Source: Utricularia gibba (lineage: Eukaryota > Plantae > Magnoliophyta). From it: 64,000 nucleotides of DNA. How positions within the stretch are numbered: the first letter of the stretch is position 1; the number at the start of each line of letters is the position of its first letter. This document shows, piece by piece, positions 45,764 to 58,315 of the stretch. Below the pieces are notes generated by a model that did no database searches, had not been told where the DNA came from, and saw only the letters and a list, made by a program, of their open reading frames with translations. The stretch spans positions 4,650,001-4,714,000 of the forward strand of contig NEEC01000004.1 in NCBI GenBank assembly GCA_002189035.1, read 5' to 3'. The position numbers were made by a program, and so were the translations under genes.

Positions 45764-46216
45764 ATGGACGGCGGCGACGGGAGTCGGAGTGGGTGCGGGC
45801 GGCGGGCCGAGAAGCCGTACAAGGGGATAAGGATGAGGAAATGGGGGAAATGGGTAGCGGAAATCAGAGAGCCCAACAAGAGGTCGCGAATCTGGCTGGG
45901 TTCCTACTCCACGCCCGTAGCCGCGGCGCGTGCCTACGATACCGCCGTCTACTACCTCCGCGGCCCCACCGCGAAACTCAATTTCCCCGACGAAATCTCC
46001 TTCGGCGGGTTGAAAGACCTCTCCGCCGCTTCCATTCGGGAGAAGGCGGCGGAGGTCGGAGCCAGAGTCGACGCGCTTCACACCAACAAAGCGCTGCTGC
46101 TGCACCATCACAGCCACAGCCACGACGAGATAGATCTGAACAAGAACCCGGAGCCCGAAATCGATCCCGATTTCGCAGCCGCCGCAAGCGTCTCCTCCGC
46201 TGCTCCCTCTCTGTAA
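45764..46216 (+). CDS. DREB A-5 / DEAR (RAP2.1-like) AP2/ERF repressor, intronless
   Basis: [66 protein letters not shown] and EAR motif DLNKNP. Confidence 0.95.
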   Translation: MDGGDGSRSGCGRRAEKPYKGIRMRKWGKWVAEIREPNKRSRIWLGSYSTPVAAARAYDTAVYYLRGPTAKLNFPDEISFGGLKDLSAASIREKAAEVGARVDALHTNKALLLHHHSHSHDEIDLNKNPEPEIDPDFAAAASVSSAAPSL

Positions 46217-47948
46217 TGACGAACCAAGCAATTTCCCTGCCTCCCAGCTCCTTCAGATGTATGTGTGTTGTCCATGGATCTCTCCATCATGTGAACGCAA
46301 CTGTTCCATTGTTCAAGGAACCACAACTGTAGTTGTTTTGTTTTTGAAAACGAATATTCTGCAAGTCTTGGCGGTTGTCGGTGGCGGAGTACGGCGGCGT
46401 AGCGCTGGACACTTCATTGGGCCGCTGTCGCGTGGGCCCCCTACCCCCGGCCCCATGTCCATTTTTTTTTTTACATCTTTTTCTGAATTCTTGAGGAATA
46501 ATTAGAACGACGTCGTGGAATCGGGTAAAGTGGGCCACCACCAAAGTGGCCAGCCCATCCTGTCCCCAACCAGCCCACTAGGTAGTTAGTTGTTTTATTA
46601 AAACCAATTTAAATAACATTGGAATATTAAATAAATATATCACAATACTATCACTAACGCCTTCTGCTAGAGACGGAACAACAACCTTCTTTCTTTTGAG
46701 AGAAACATTACTTGTTCCGGTTCATTATCTCAAAATCTCGATCGTTAATAATACATGTTCAAGATCTCAATTATCAAAATACATAGTACGGTAATTCCCA
46801 TTTGACGCACGAAATAAACTATCAAGTTATAGTATTCGACCGCAACAGTCATTAACCTGAGGTCCTGAATTTTTAATACAAAAATTCAATAAACTACTGA
46901 AAAAAAAAAAGATTAAAAGGAAACACGAGGGCATTTATATCTATGTCCAAACATGATACAGCTGTAGCCTATAACCGGATAAGATTCGAATTGGGCCACC
47001 GACGGGCCTTTGGGCACATAATACATGGGCTTCAACATCGAATGCAATTGGGTTTTGGGGTTGGCCTCGTTCTGTAGATATACAAATTAATGGAAATAAT
47101 TAATAATTAAAAAAATCCTTATTTTTGTAATTCACATTTAACATATTTTTTATAACATCATTTCAATATATTTTTCCAATATATTATTTTACAAGATATA
47201 TAGATTCATAAATTTTGTATCGAATTGTAAATAAAAAATTTAAAAATATAGCAAATTATAAAATAAATAAAAAATTATTTAATAAATTGTTTAATAAATT
47301 CTTCATGTTCTCCATATTGGTTTCCATTGTCTCCTATTCCTCCACCATGCTTACACAAATGCTCTTGCTTATACAAGCAACATGGCTCGTGATTAAACCG
47401 AAATGAACCTGAAATTCGGGTTTTTCGAGCCGACCGGAGATGATTTTCAGCTAGAGGAGGAGGAGATGGCTGGGATGGGGTGGGCACAAGACTTGTTTTG
47501 GGGTGGTGGTTGAAGCATAGAATTACAAAAGGAATCCCATTTATGTGCAGGCCACTCCTTTATTCCCATCACTATTAGATTCCTTGGGCTGGACTGACTG
47601 AGAGAAGAGAAGCACTCGCTTTATTCCCAATTCCATGAATGTCAAGAGATGGACAGTGAGTGGTGGTATCCTCTTCCTCCATCTTCCAGGAACACAACAC
47701 ACCCCTTGCGGGTCACATTGCAAAGCTGAATCAGAACCCCAAAATGGAACCATTTCTGACTGGAAACACGTTGGGAAATCAGTATGAGGTTGAGAAGTGG
47801 TCGTGGAATGAGTTTGTAGCAGATGTTTTGATTTCTAAGTATTTTACAAAAAATGATCATCTTAATTTTCTATATAACATAATAAAAATAAATTTTATAG
47901 AGTGTATTTGGTAGAAAGTATAAAACATGATAATTAAATAAAAAAATG

Positions 47949-48305
47949 AAAACATGATATTTGATAGGTGTGATGAATTATACTATAAATATAAAATAAA
48001 ATAATAGAAAATGAATAGTTAAAATAAAATTATAATATAATATATATCATATTTTATTTTTAATATAATTTATTCATGTACTAAATACATTCATAGTGTT
48101 CATTTTCTTCATACGCTCAAAATATAGTGACATTGTATTTAGTACATGAATACATTATATTTGGAATAAATTTTTATTTAAAATAAGAGAAGTTATATGA
48201 AAATATAATTTTATATCAACTTTTTTAATCTCATTATTTTATTTCATATTTACGATATAAATTATCTGAAATATAATTTATCCCGTTTATCAAATTTTAT
48301 GTTTT
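47949..48305. mobile_element. Degenerate AT-rich fold-back element (MITE-like)
   Basis: Outer arms 47949-47966 and 48288-48305 are complementary at 16/18; central perfect 19-bp inverted repeat 48071-48089 / 48134-48152. Confidence 0.5.
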
Positions 48306-49405
48306 AATTTATCCTATTTACTCATTGGGTAGCAATGAGTAAAAATACAGAATAGGATCATCAATTTCTTGGCACACTCAAAATATAGTGATCAATTTTG
48401 TAATACAATCTTGATTCTCTTCCATCTCTGTGTGGATCGATTTGAGGGAGAAGGGGGGTTGGGTGGGAAGGAGCAAAAAGGGAGTGGTCCCTCATTGATG
48501 ATGGTATGTGCTTCTGCAAGTACATGGTCCCAGACTCGGAGTTCCTTGATGGAGGTGGAAGCCGTACCCCATCGGCCCTAAAAGCTGGAAATGCTTGAGC
48601 TCTTCCGGGTACGTGAGAGCGATGAGTAAGTAGCACTCTTGAATGAATGAATGACTGAGAATCCAGTTGCCCCCCCGAGCTGCTCCGGCGCCGGAAGGAT
48701 GGATCCTTCAGGTATCCGGTGGTCCCCCGCCCCTTATCTCCGAGAACCGACTGCCGTGGTGGGGTCGACGCGCGGTAGCGCGAGTGGGGGTTGCCAGAAC
48801 CAAAACATCGGGGGAGTGGGCCCCCTTCCCGTACTCTTCGTTTCCACGTTTGGAAACCTCTTTTATTATTCCTTCCCCCTTTTTACCTTAATCGTGCGTG
48901 ACGTGGCATCTTTTCATGCCCTCAATTTTCTCCCCATTATTATTATTTTAATCACATATTCTTTGAGTAGCCATTGCACCATGCACTTTCATGTGGATTC
49001 CATACTTTAGTCACAAAGCATCTATAATTAATCATTTTTATATGCCCTTTTGATGTTACAAGACAATAGTTTTCAAAAATTTCGACGAATCGAAAATTCG
49101 ACGGATTCGTGTTTTTAGAGAGTCATTTTTTACCACATCCATCAAGCCCTCATTGGAGTCCTATGTACAAACATATGACTTTTTTGATGACAACCAAGCA
49201 TGACCACTTTTGAGAAGAAATGAGAGGAGGAGGAGGAGTAGAAGCCAAAGTGAGAGTGCAATAATTGGTGCACCTCTTTTTCCACATTTGCCCCTCCCAA
49301 CCTAAATTTAGAATATGTTTCTTTCTTTTTCAACATTAAAGACACCCCTACTAAGAACACACAACAAAACTACTCCCCCAAAGACACCCCTACTAATAAT
49401 AATAT

Positions 49406-49558
49406 ATGTTTGATCTACTAGTTAAATAATATACACATTTTTTTATAAAATTATTGTAAAATATTTTCAAATAAGTATTTCAAAACTCACATTCTAGGTA
49501 GATTTTGCTAAACAACCCAATTTATAAGAAATTTATTGTAAACATATCTAATAAACAT
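49406..49558 (+). mobile_element. MITE-like dispersed repeat, copy 2 (shorter)
   Basis: Starts ATGTTTGAT; core aligns to 31219-31337 at about 79%. Confidence 0.55.
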
Positions 49559-49954
49559 AATATCATTTTAAACATATATACTATTTTAATCTTAATAACA
49601 CCCTTATGATTTCATTAGAATAACCATATAACACAATGTTTGTTTTGAAAAAATAACTATTTTGTAATTTTGGTCTCGTAAAATGTTATAATTATTTTTC
49701 ACACACGTAAAAATGGGGGTGTGATGATTATTCTTCAAAATAACTGGTTTTGGTGTTTGGTGTATGTTTGGGGGGAATACCCATAGGAGAAGAAGAATAA
49801 AAAGGGGTATCCGAAATGGCAATTGAGTGCCAATTAAACCATCTCATGTTGGCCCAAAAATGAAGGAAAGAGTGAAATGGGGCTAACTGCTGAAACTCGC
49901 GAAATGGCTTTTCGATTTGGCTAACGTGGTCCGAAAGAGATGACTCCCGACGTG

Positions 49955-49986
49955 TCTCTCTCTCTCTCTTTCTTTCTCTCTCTCTC
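49955..49986. repeat. CT/GA microsatellite upstream of AP2 (possible BBR/BPC binding tract)
   Basis: Interrupted (TC)n run about 560-600 bp before the AP2 ATG. Confidence 0.7.
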
Positions 49987-50548
49987 GCTCCTGGGCTCTT
50001 TTTCCATTCCTAGATTTCGCTAATCCTGAATCTCTCATGTCCCGATCTCGACAGCTACAATTCAAAACCACAACGTACTGTTTTTAACAAATGTCCACGA
50101 AAAGCGTACAGGGCTGTGCGTACACCGATGCGATTTCGAATGATTCTGCTGCTTAGGAGAGACTCTGAGGATCATGTGTTGCCGACGGGAACTCTGGAAC
50201 CAGAGGTATATAAATGGAAAAAAGGAGTGTTTCTTCAACCCCATTCATTGATTTGATTGAGAGCACGGTAGCAGGGGGCTGCCCAAAAATGGGGTTTCGC
50301 CTTTCTTGGATCTGAGTGGAGTTCCGAGAAGGAGAAACAGTGTTTTTGAATCTGATTTGGGCCAAGCATTCGAACAATACGAGCTATTTTTCGACGGCTT
50401 TGAGACCTAGCCCCTCCCCAGATGCTGTTTTCAAGAGGCAGGCTCTGTATTTTTGGTATGAACAGAGGATTGATTGAACTGCTCAGAGGGATATAAACCG
50501 TTCATTTGTTTGGTCTGGGCGTGGGGGTGTTTTTTCGTAGCTTTCAAA

Positions 50549-52292
50549 ATGTGGGATCTCAACGGTGCTCCAGATGAACAAAGGGGTGAGAAAGGGAAGC
50601 GCGTCGGATCCGTTTCGAATTCGGGTTCGTCGGCAGCGGCGGATGATGGGTCGGAAAGTGAGTGCAGAGGGGACGGAAGAAAGCGGAGCAGTAGAATATT
50701 CGGGTTCTCCATGACGCAGCCTCACGACGATGACTTCCCCGGAACTTCTTCCTCCCCGGTGACGCGCCAGTTCTTCCCAGTGAACGAGTCGGAGCCACTG
50801 GACGGCGGCGGGGAACCGCTGGATTTCCCTAGGGCTCACTGGGTCGGTGTTGAATTCCGTGGAGACCCTCACGGCAGCGCAGACAAGTCGTTGCCGGAAA
50901 CTCTGCAGCCCCTGAAGAAGAACCGCCGTGGTCCCCGCTCACGAAGCTCCCAATATCGCGGCGTCACGTTTTACCGGCGAACTGGCCGCTGGGAATCTCA
51001 CATATGGTAATCATCAACCTGTCTCCAGTTTCAGAATCCACAATTTCTTCAAACTAAGTTTCTGATTACAGGGACTGCGGTAAACAAGTTTATCTAGGCG
51101 GATTCGACACAGCGCACGCTGCAGCAAGGTGAGTTTTCTCCGCTTTCCCCTTCTTCCAACTCCCCAAAACCAGTCATTTTTACACACACGATTCCTTGTC
51201 TCAGAGCTTACGATAGAGCAGCTATAAAGTTCCGGGGACTGGAAGCAGACATAAACTTCAGTTTAGAAGATTACGGAGACGATCTGAAGCAGGTATTCAA
51301 ATCACTCATCCATCACACACTCATACGGTTTCCAGGTCTCATTCCCATCATCTGCAGATGAAAAATCTTACAAAGGAGGAGTTCGTTCATGTCCTTCGTC
51401 GACAAAGCACTGGTTTTCCAAGAGGAAGTTCAAAGTACAGAGGTGTAACTTTTCACAAATGCGGGAGATGGGAAGCGAGAATGGGGCAGTTCCTAGGCAA
51501 AAAGTGATTCGTTATCTGCGTTTACATTGCTTCTTCTTCACAAACTGCAGCTTAAAATGACTGTTTTCTTTGATTCAGGTATGTTTATCTGGGTCTCTTC
51601 GATACCGAAATCGAAGCTGCCAGGTGCGTTCATCTGGTTTTCTTCTTTGATCCTTCTTGCAAAATCACATGAATCCTGGTTTATGTAGGGCTTACGACAA
51701 GGCAGCAATCAAATGTAATGGGAAAGAAGCTGTCACCAACTTCGATCCCAGCATCTATGAAGATGAACTCAAAACTGCAGCTGCCGGTGGTACGTACATC
51801 GTCATTCACAAGTTCACATTTCCCAGTTTTAACTGTTGAGATATGCTGCAATTTCAGAGACAGAGTGTTCAAAGGACGTGACAGCGGAGCATGATCTTGA
51901 TCTGAGCTTGGGAAACTCACAAAGCTCCAAGAGTCAAAATGAGGGGGAAGTTGTAAGAAGAAAACCAGGCGAAACCCAGATGATTCAAACGATGAATGGA
52001 CCATATGTGAACCCATTTGAGTTCTACAGTGTAAGTTTCATGCCGATGAACTCCGTAGATATCTTTTCCCTTCGATTTCTGAGCTGAGAGACGAAAATGG
52101 CAGATGGGTTGTCAGCAGAATGTGGGAGCAGCGAGAAATGAGCAACTGCAACTGCAACTACAACAACAGCAATGGCAAATGCAAATGAATCACAACCGTC
52201 AATTCGCTACTGCTGCAGCATCATCAGGATTCCCTCAAGCCCAGATTTGGCTACACAGAAATGGGATCCACCCAATGAACAGACCATCGTGA
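50549..52292 (+). CDS. AP2: euAP2 transcription factor (APETALA2/TOE3 type), 8 exons
   Basis: [36 protein letters not shown], internal exons of 57, 88, 146 and 45 nt, HDLDLSLG, and AAASSGF with a miR172 site. Confidence 0.95.
52213..52233 (+). promoter_or_regulatory. miR172 target site in the AP2 coding sequence
   Basis: CTGCAGCATCATCAGGATTCC, the canonical euAP2 site complementary to miR172 (AGAAUCUUGAUGAUGCUGCAU). Confidence 0.95.
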
Positions 52293-54418
52293 TCCTTTTG
52301 TTTTTTTTTCTTTTTCTCATTTCACATCATCAAGAACTGCTATTTTTCATGCCCCCAGCGGAATGAAAACAAAAAAGCTTCAATCTTTGTAAGGCCTGGC
52401 CACTTCCTTCACGAGAAATCTCGAAAAACGATGGGGAAGGCAAAAAGCGAAAAGCGAAAATTCGCTTTCGTTTGGACTTTGGTTTTACTCATTGGGTCAT
52501 TGTACCCCAACATCCAAGAGCTGCTGGGCATGAACTTCACCAATCATGTTCACCCCCCGAATTCCAATCCCCTCTTTCTGTAATAAATTTCTACCCCAAC
52601 AGGGAATCAACTAACAACACATTTCCCCTCTTGATTCGTATCGCAAATAAAGCATGAAAAAGGGCGTAATCCAGAAAAGAAGACAAGCATCCAATGGCAG
52701 CGAAGGTTGCTTATCCCCAACGCATGCAACTTGGTAAGATAAGGAAACAGACATTTCGCAAGAACTTTCTGAAAAGGTTAGCTGATGCGAGACTTTCCCT
52801 TAACCAAACAGTGACCATTGTCTTCCCTGGACGTCCTTTTCTTATCCTCCTCGCATCTTTTACTGCTTTCCTTCCCATCGGAATAAAATACTACAGGGCC
52901 GTGTCGACGAGCCCAGCCACACGGCCATGGTTTTCGCCCAGCCCAGAGGCCCTGCAGTCGGAAACGCAGCAGCAGTCACCGGTGATGATGGAGGCGCCCG
53001 TGGGCGTCCAAAGCGATGGTCAATTGAGGACCAGGCCGTCCACGACAGGCTTTATGAAAGCGCATCCGCTGCGCCCACCTCCCCTTAAGGTCTGCGCCCA
53101 GTCTACTGAGTCATTGCTGTCCATGAAAAGATCACACATGTTATCACTACAGTATTTACTTCTGTATCTATTCCACGACTGGTCCTTATTCCTTTTGTTT
53201 TTTCCCCTTTTTTTAATTTCGATTATTGTATTTTAGTTTTGTATTTTACTTAATATATATAATTTATGAGTATACTTATGATATTTCATATTGATTACAT
53301 ATAAGAGAGTAATTTATTTAAATAAAATAATCTTTTTAATTTCATATAAGTTTTTTTTTCTCGAAATAAAAAGATGTAAAATTATAATAATTGAATATTT
53401 GAAACTAACAATACAAACAAAATAAGCATGAGTTATATATATATATATATAATATTATATTAGCAATCTCCTATGTTTCTTGAAAATAATTTTTAATAAC
53501 TATTTCTAAGAAAACAGATTTTATTTAAAATAATTTTTGTTTCTATGAAATACTTTAAAATCAATTTTGCTGTTAAACATGAACCATCTTTATTTTTAAA
53601 ATTATATTAAAATTATTTTTTAATATGTTACATAAATCTAATTTTTATTTTATTAAAATAATTCTTGAAAAATACTTTTCGAAAAATAGAATCAAACAAA
53701 ATTTAGATCTTTGTAACTTCTTTTAAATATGAATCAATTTTAATTTTCTATTTTTTAAAAATAAAAATCACTTGTTAAACATTTTTGAATCATTTTTGAA
53801 ATTATTCCTAACTGACTTTAAATTAAATAAAAATGTTTCTAGAATTTACCATGAAGTAAACGAGTTTCTTTCGGGTCGGAGTCGACCCGGATCCTAATCA
53901 GATTCCGGTAACGCGGATCTTTTTTCTTCCGGGTTGTTGAGCCTGGGGGCAGGGAGTGTGGCGGCGTACGTGAATGAAGAAAGATGATGTATGTATTTAT
54001 ATGAGGGAGGAACAGAACATTCAGCATGTGTACTCTCGGAGTCGGGGACCTCTTCTGCTCCTTGTATCTCGCAAGTTCGCCAGTGTTCATAACTGCGGTC
54101 AGCCGAATTGCGTATGATTCTGCATTATTGGCTGATAATTTCTTTTCCTTTTGAATGCTTTGTTTGCTGCTTGAAATTCTACTTATTGAGCCTTTTTGCA
54201 GTAGCTTCGGGTAAATGTAGCGCGTAGTTAATGTTTTCTCCGAAGATTGGTGAAGATGGACGTTATGGATTGTATTATTGTGTTTTTTTATGGACCTCTG
54301 TTTTGTAGAGGAATGGGGTCGTTCACATGTAGAGTAAGTGTTCGATGGAGGTTCGGAAGGAGATGATTGGAGGATATTTTTATTTTTGAGTTCACAGAGG
54401 ATGAATACTAGAAAACAG

Positions 54419-57400
54419 ATGGATCTGAGGTCGTGGCATCGGAGGAGGTCAGCGGAGAAGAGTCCGGTGGTGTCTGAAACACCGAGTATTCATTTCCGCA
54501 AAAATGATGGGGTATGACCGCTTCTTTGATCTTTTGAATGTATAGTGCCAGATGCTGTAAGAGCTTATGCCGTGCAGGGACAGAGAGCTGGGGGCCAGAA
54601 GTCTGAGATTCAGAAGGATCTTAGGGTGTTAAATGAGAAGCGTTACGCTTCCCTTGACAATGTTGCCAAGGCCCAGAATGCAGAGGAAGTTGTCACAGCT
54701 GCAGGTGATTTGTTGATTTATATTTTTTTGTAAAATGTCTTGCTTCTTTAGTGATATTGATACAGAGATCGCAATTTGATAATTGCTTATAGGAATGGAA
54801 AATGGGGATGTTGATGAATCCTCGAAAGAAGAACTCGACAAGGTATTCTTCGGGCATAAAGTTGCTTTTGAAAAGAAAATGCACCAGTTGAATGCAGCGT
54901 TGAAGGAGTGTATGAAGCAACTGCGGTTTCTTAGGGATGAGCAGGAGAAGAGAGTCCATGGAGCATTCGTGAGGCCTTCAGATGAATTTGAGAAAATAAG
55001 AACTGCTTTGGAGGAGAATTTGGTGGATACAAGCATGAAGATTGCCAAATTGGAGGCAGATAATACTCGACTGATTATGATTCATGCAGGTAAGGAAAAG
55101 GTGATTGAAAATTTAAGAAAACATAGAGATCTTCTACAAGTAGATAGCCATGCTCTTAAGATGAGACTCAAGTCATCTGAGGAAGAAAATGCTTCTCTCA
55201 AAGATGAGGTTCTTGAGCTTAGAAAGGAGCTTGGAATAAGGAACACCGATAATGAACTTAGCCACAGAATGGCTGATGCTGCTCAAAAGAAATACCAGAG
55301 GAGTGCTAGAAAAATTGCTAAACTGGAGACCGAATGCCAGAGGCTTCGCATGCTTGTTGCTAAAAGGTTTCCTCGATCCACGACGTTGATTAAAATGAAG
55401 AGTGAGCTCGAAATGCCTGGAAAGGATTTGGTTGAAGTAAGGAGAAAGAGATCAAATCCATCTCTGACTAGTTCAATGCAATCTCACATTGACGTGGCTC
55501 CTGAGGTACAAATGGAGCAGATACAACTCCTGACTGAGAAGCTACGTGCATTGAAACAAAAAAACAAGGCTCTAGAGGATGCCCTATACAAGAAATCTAG
55601 AGAACTTCAGCTCTCCAGATCAATGTATGCTCTTACAGCTTCCAGACTGTCTAGATCAGAGGGACAAACTTCCGTGGAGAAAGGTAAGTGCTTGAAACTC
55701 TTGCATGAAAATACCCTGAGAGTTCCATCAGATATTGGTAGCGACAGAGCTAGCAGTGTTGAATGCTGGGCTTCTGCCTTGATGTCAGAGCTTGAGTATT
55801 TCAAAAATGAGAAACAATCGGGAGCATTATCTTCTCAACGAAAAACGGGAACCAGAAGTATACCTTTCATTGATGATTTTGCTGATATGGAAAAGGTGGC
55901 TGGCTTTTCCGATGGAAATTCTTCGAGTGAATTAGAGTGGCTTGGGAAGTTGACAAAAATGCTTTTGCACTACAGCCATGTTTCAAAAAGAAGTATTCAA
56001 GATGTGCTAGAGGATATTAAAGCTCTGTTGGCACATGATACTCAAGATAACTCCTTTGTTTCTGGAACAAATGCTGTTACTCAACACTCTATATCAGATG
56101 CTGTTAGCACCCATGCTGCTCAGGTATCATCATCACAGAGACATTTGTATCCAAATGCATCTGATACAGTGGCATACACAAAGAAGAACGACCAAAGATT
56201 TACATCGGATGTTCACCTATCGATATGCAAGATTCTCAAGCTTCTTGAAGGAATACGCATGCAGTCTCAAGACAATGGTGCTCCAGCAGCGCACAGGAAC
56301 TCAGGTTATATGGTTCGGTTATTCCAATGGAAGTACGAAGAGCTATCTCTCTTATTGGAACAGTTTGTCGAAACTTGCAATGCTTTGTTGGCTGGAGCAA
56401 CTGATCTGGAACATTTTGTTCATGAAGTGGCTTCCAATTTAGAATGGATAATGAGTCACTGCTTTTCACTTCAGGATGTCTCAAGCATGAAAGATGCAAT
56501 CAGAAGCCATTTCCATTTGGATGAATCAAGAGTTGATATCGACCTCTTTGACGAGCACACACCTTCTCCTGCTAATCTGACGGACCACAAGGGTTCATGT
56601 GCAGTTGAGGTCCCTGGTAATCCCACAACAGATGGTGTAACATCGACCCAAAATATCCACATGCCTCATCCCAAGCCTTCAACAACTACTACTCATGACA
56701 AGTTTCATCCTCCGGAGTCTGAGATAACCATTGAGAATCCTCTGCTTCAGTCCGAATCACAGAAGCACTGCATATCTGATAATCACAATGGCTCATACAC
56801 CCGCGTGGAAGCCCAACCAAAGCAGTAAGACACCTTGTCTCCTTTTTTTTTCCAGTGCATATCTGATTATGTAGTAAGAGTTCTTACCTTTCTCATATCG
56901 CAGAATGGCTTGCAACAAAGTCCAGAACAACGCAAACCGCTTAGAGAACCCACTCTGCAACGTAAGTTTTCAGGAGCCTGATGTGATTCAAAACTCCATC
57001 TTCGTCCCTGCTGATATATAGATACCTTGTGCCTTAATACTCCACAGGATCGAGAAATGGAGGCCCCCTCCATAGCACCCCCAGCGTGTCACCACAGAGT
57101 CACCCCCCAGGTGAACGAAATCGAGGAAGTGGGGTCACCCAGCCATGGCGATGCACCTCATTTCTCCTCAAACCCAGAAAGAAAAGTGGTTCGGAAGCGA
57201 TCCTCACTGCTGGATAAAATGCTCGCTGAAGATCGTGACCTCTTCGGCCCTTCCCCCTGCACCAGAACTCTTCCTGAGGATGAAACTGTCAGCTGCTTCT
57301 CCAGAGGCAGGTCGCCGGAGTTGATGGATCCTTACAGAGCAAGTCCCGGCGGCACCTTTCCAACCCCTCTCTCCCAGAAGCTGGAAGACAAAGGCTTGTT

Positions 57401-57476
57401 TAGTAAAGCCTTCTGGAGATACTTGAAAGATGGAGATAAAAGGGCCCTCATCCCAGGCTTCCTCAGAGTCGGCTGA
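54419..57476 (+). CDS. FPP7: Filament-like plant protein (DUF869 coiled-coil, FPP7-like), divergent; an in-frame upstream ATG at 54401 is also possible
   Basis: MDLRSWHRRRSAEKSP, LNAALKECMKQLRFLRDEQEKR, KIAKLETECQRLRMLV, WASALMSELEYFK, DDFADMEK, YMVRLFQWK, CFSLQDVSSMKDAI; last exon RSSLLDKMLAED. Confidence 0.88.
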
Positions 57477-58315
57477 TACGGCACAGCAGGTAACCAATTT
57501 ACATTACATTCCATGTTACGTATAAACGACTAATATTTTAAAATGCGTTTTTTCCGTGTGTTAAATTTTAATTCACCAGGGTTTGGTAGAATAGTCTATT
57601 AATAATATATTTAAATAGATGCATATTATATGATTAAAATTAAAAATGTGTTTGATATATATGTGTTTAAAACAATGTTTTAAAATTTGAAATTGAATTG
57701 ATAGTTAATTCATATTTAATGAGAATTCATGACTATTTGGATTTAATTTAATAATTTTCATAAAAAAATTATCATTATTTAAATTTATAAATATTGAATT
57801 TAAATAACTATTTTTATTTTTATGATTATTTGATATATTTCTGTATAATAGATGAAAAAAAAAATAATTAATGATATATGTAAAAAGAGTTTTTAAAAAT
57901 ATAATTATAAAAGTGTTTTATAAATCACTATTTATTATAAAATATAATTTTCATTAAAAAAATATTCTAACTGGTCGCTGGCACACAGCACTTGCAAATT
58001 GTTTTAGAAAAAATATTGATGTGGGCCTATGATTGGCTTAGGCCCATTTTCTAGAGACGGCCCATTTTCGATGGGAAGTGGGCCCCTAGCCGCCGGGCAT
58101 CTTCCCGGTTTCTTGCCTGATCGTCTCCGTCTCTGTACTTGATGGTTGTTTTCATGCAGTTTCACCGTTGTTTTGGGCGACGTGGGCGAACGCGTGGTCA
58201 AGATCACAGATGCGGCACTGGTGGGGAATAAAACGTTTTTTTTTCTCAATTTCAAAGAATCGGATTCCTGATGTAAAGCAAATGCAAATTTTTCCACCGT
58301 TGAGATGAGAAGGAA

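Noticed and set aside
45626-46332. Long alternative-frame and antisense ORFs over the DEAR gene (201 aa minus, 179 aa plus)
   Set aside because: Typical shadows of a GC-rich intronless CDS with no recognisable domain.
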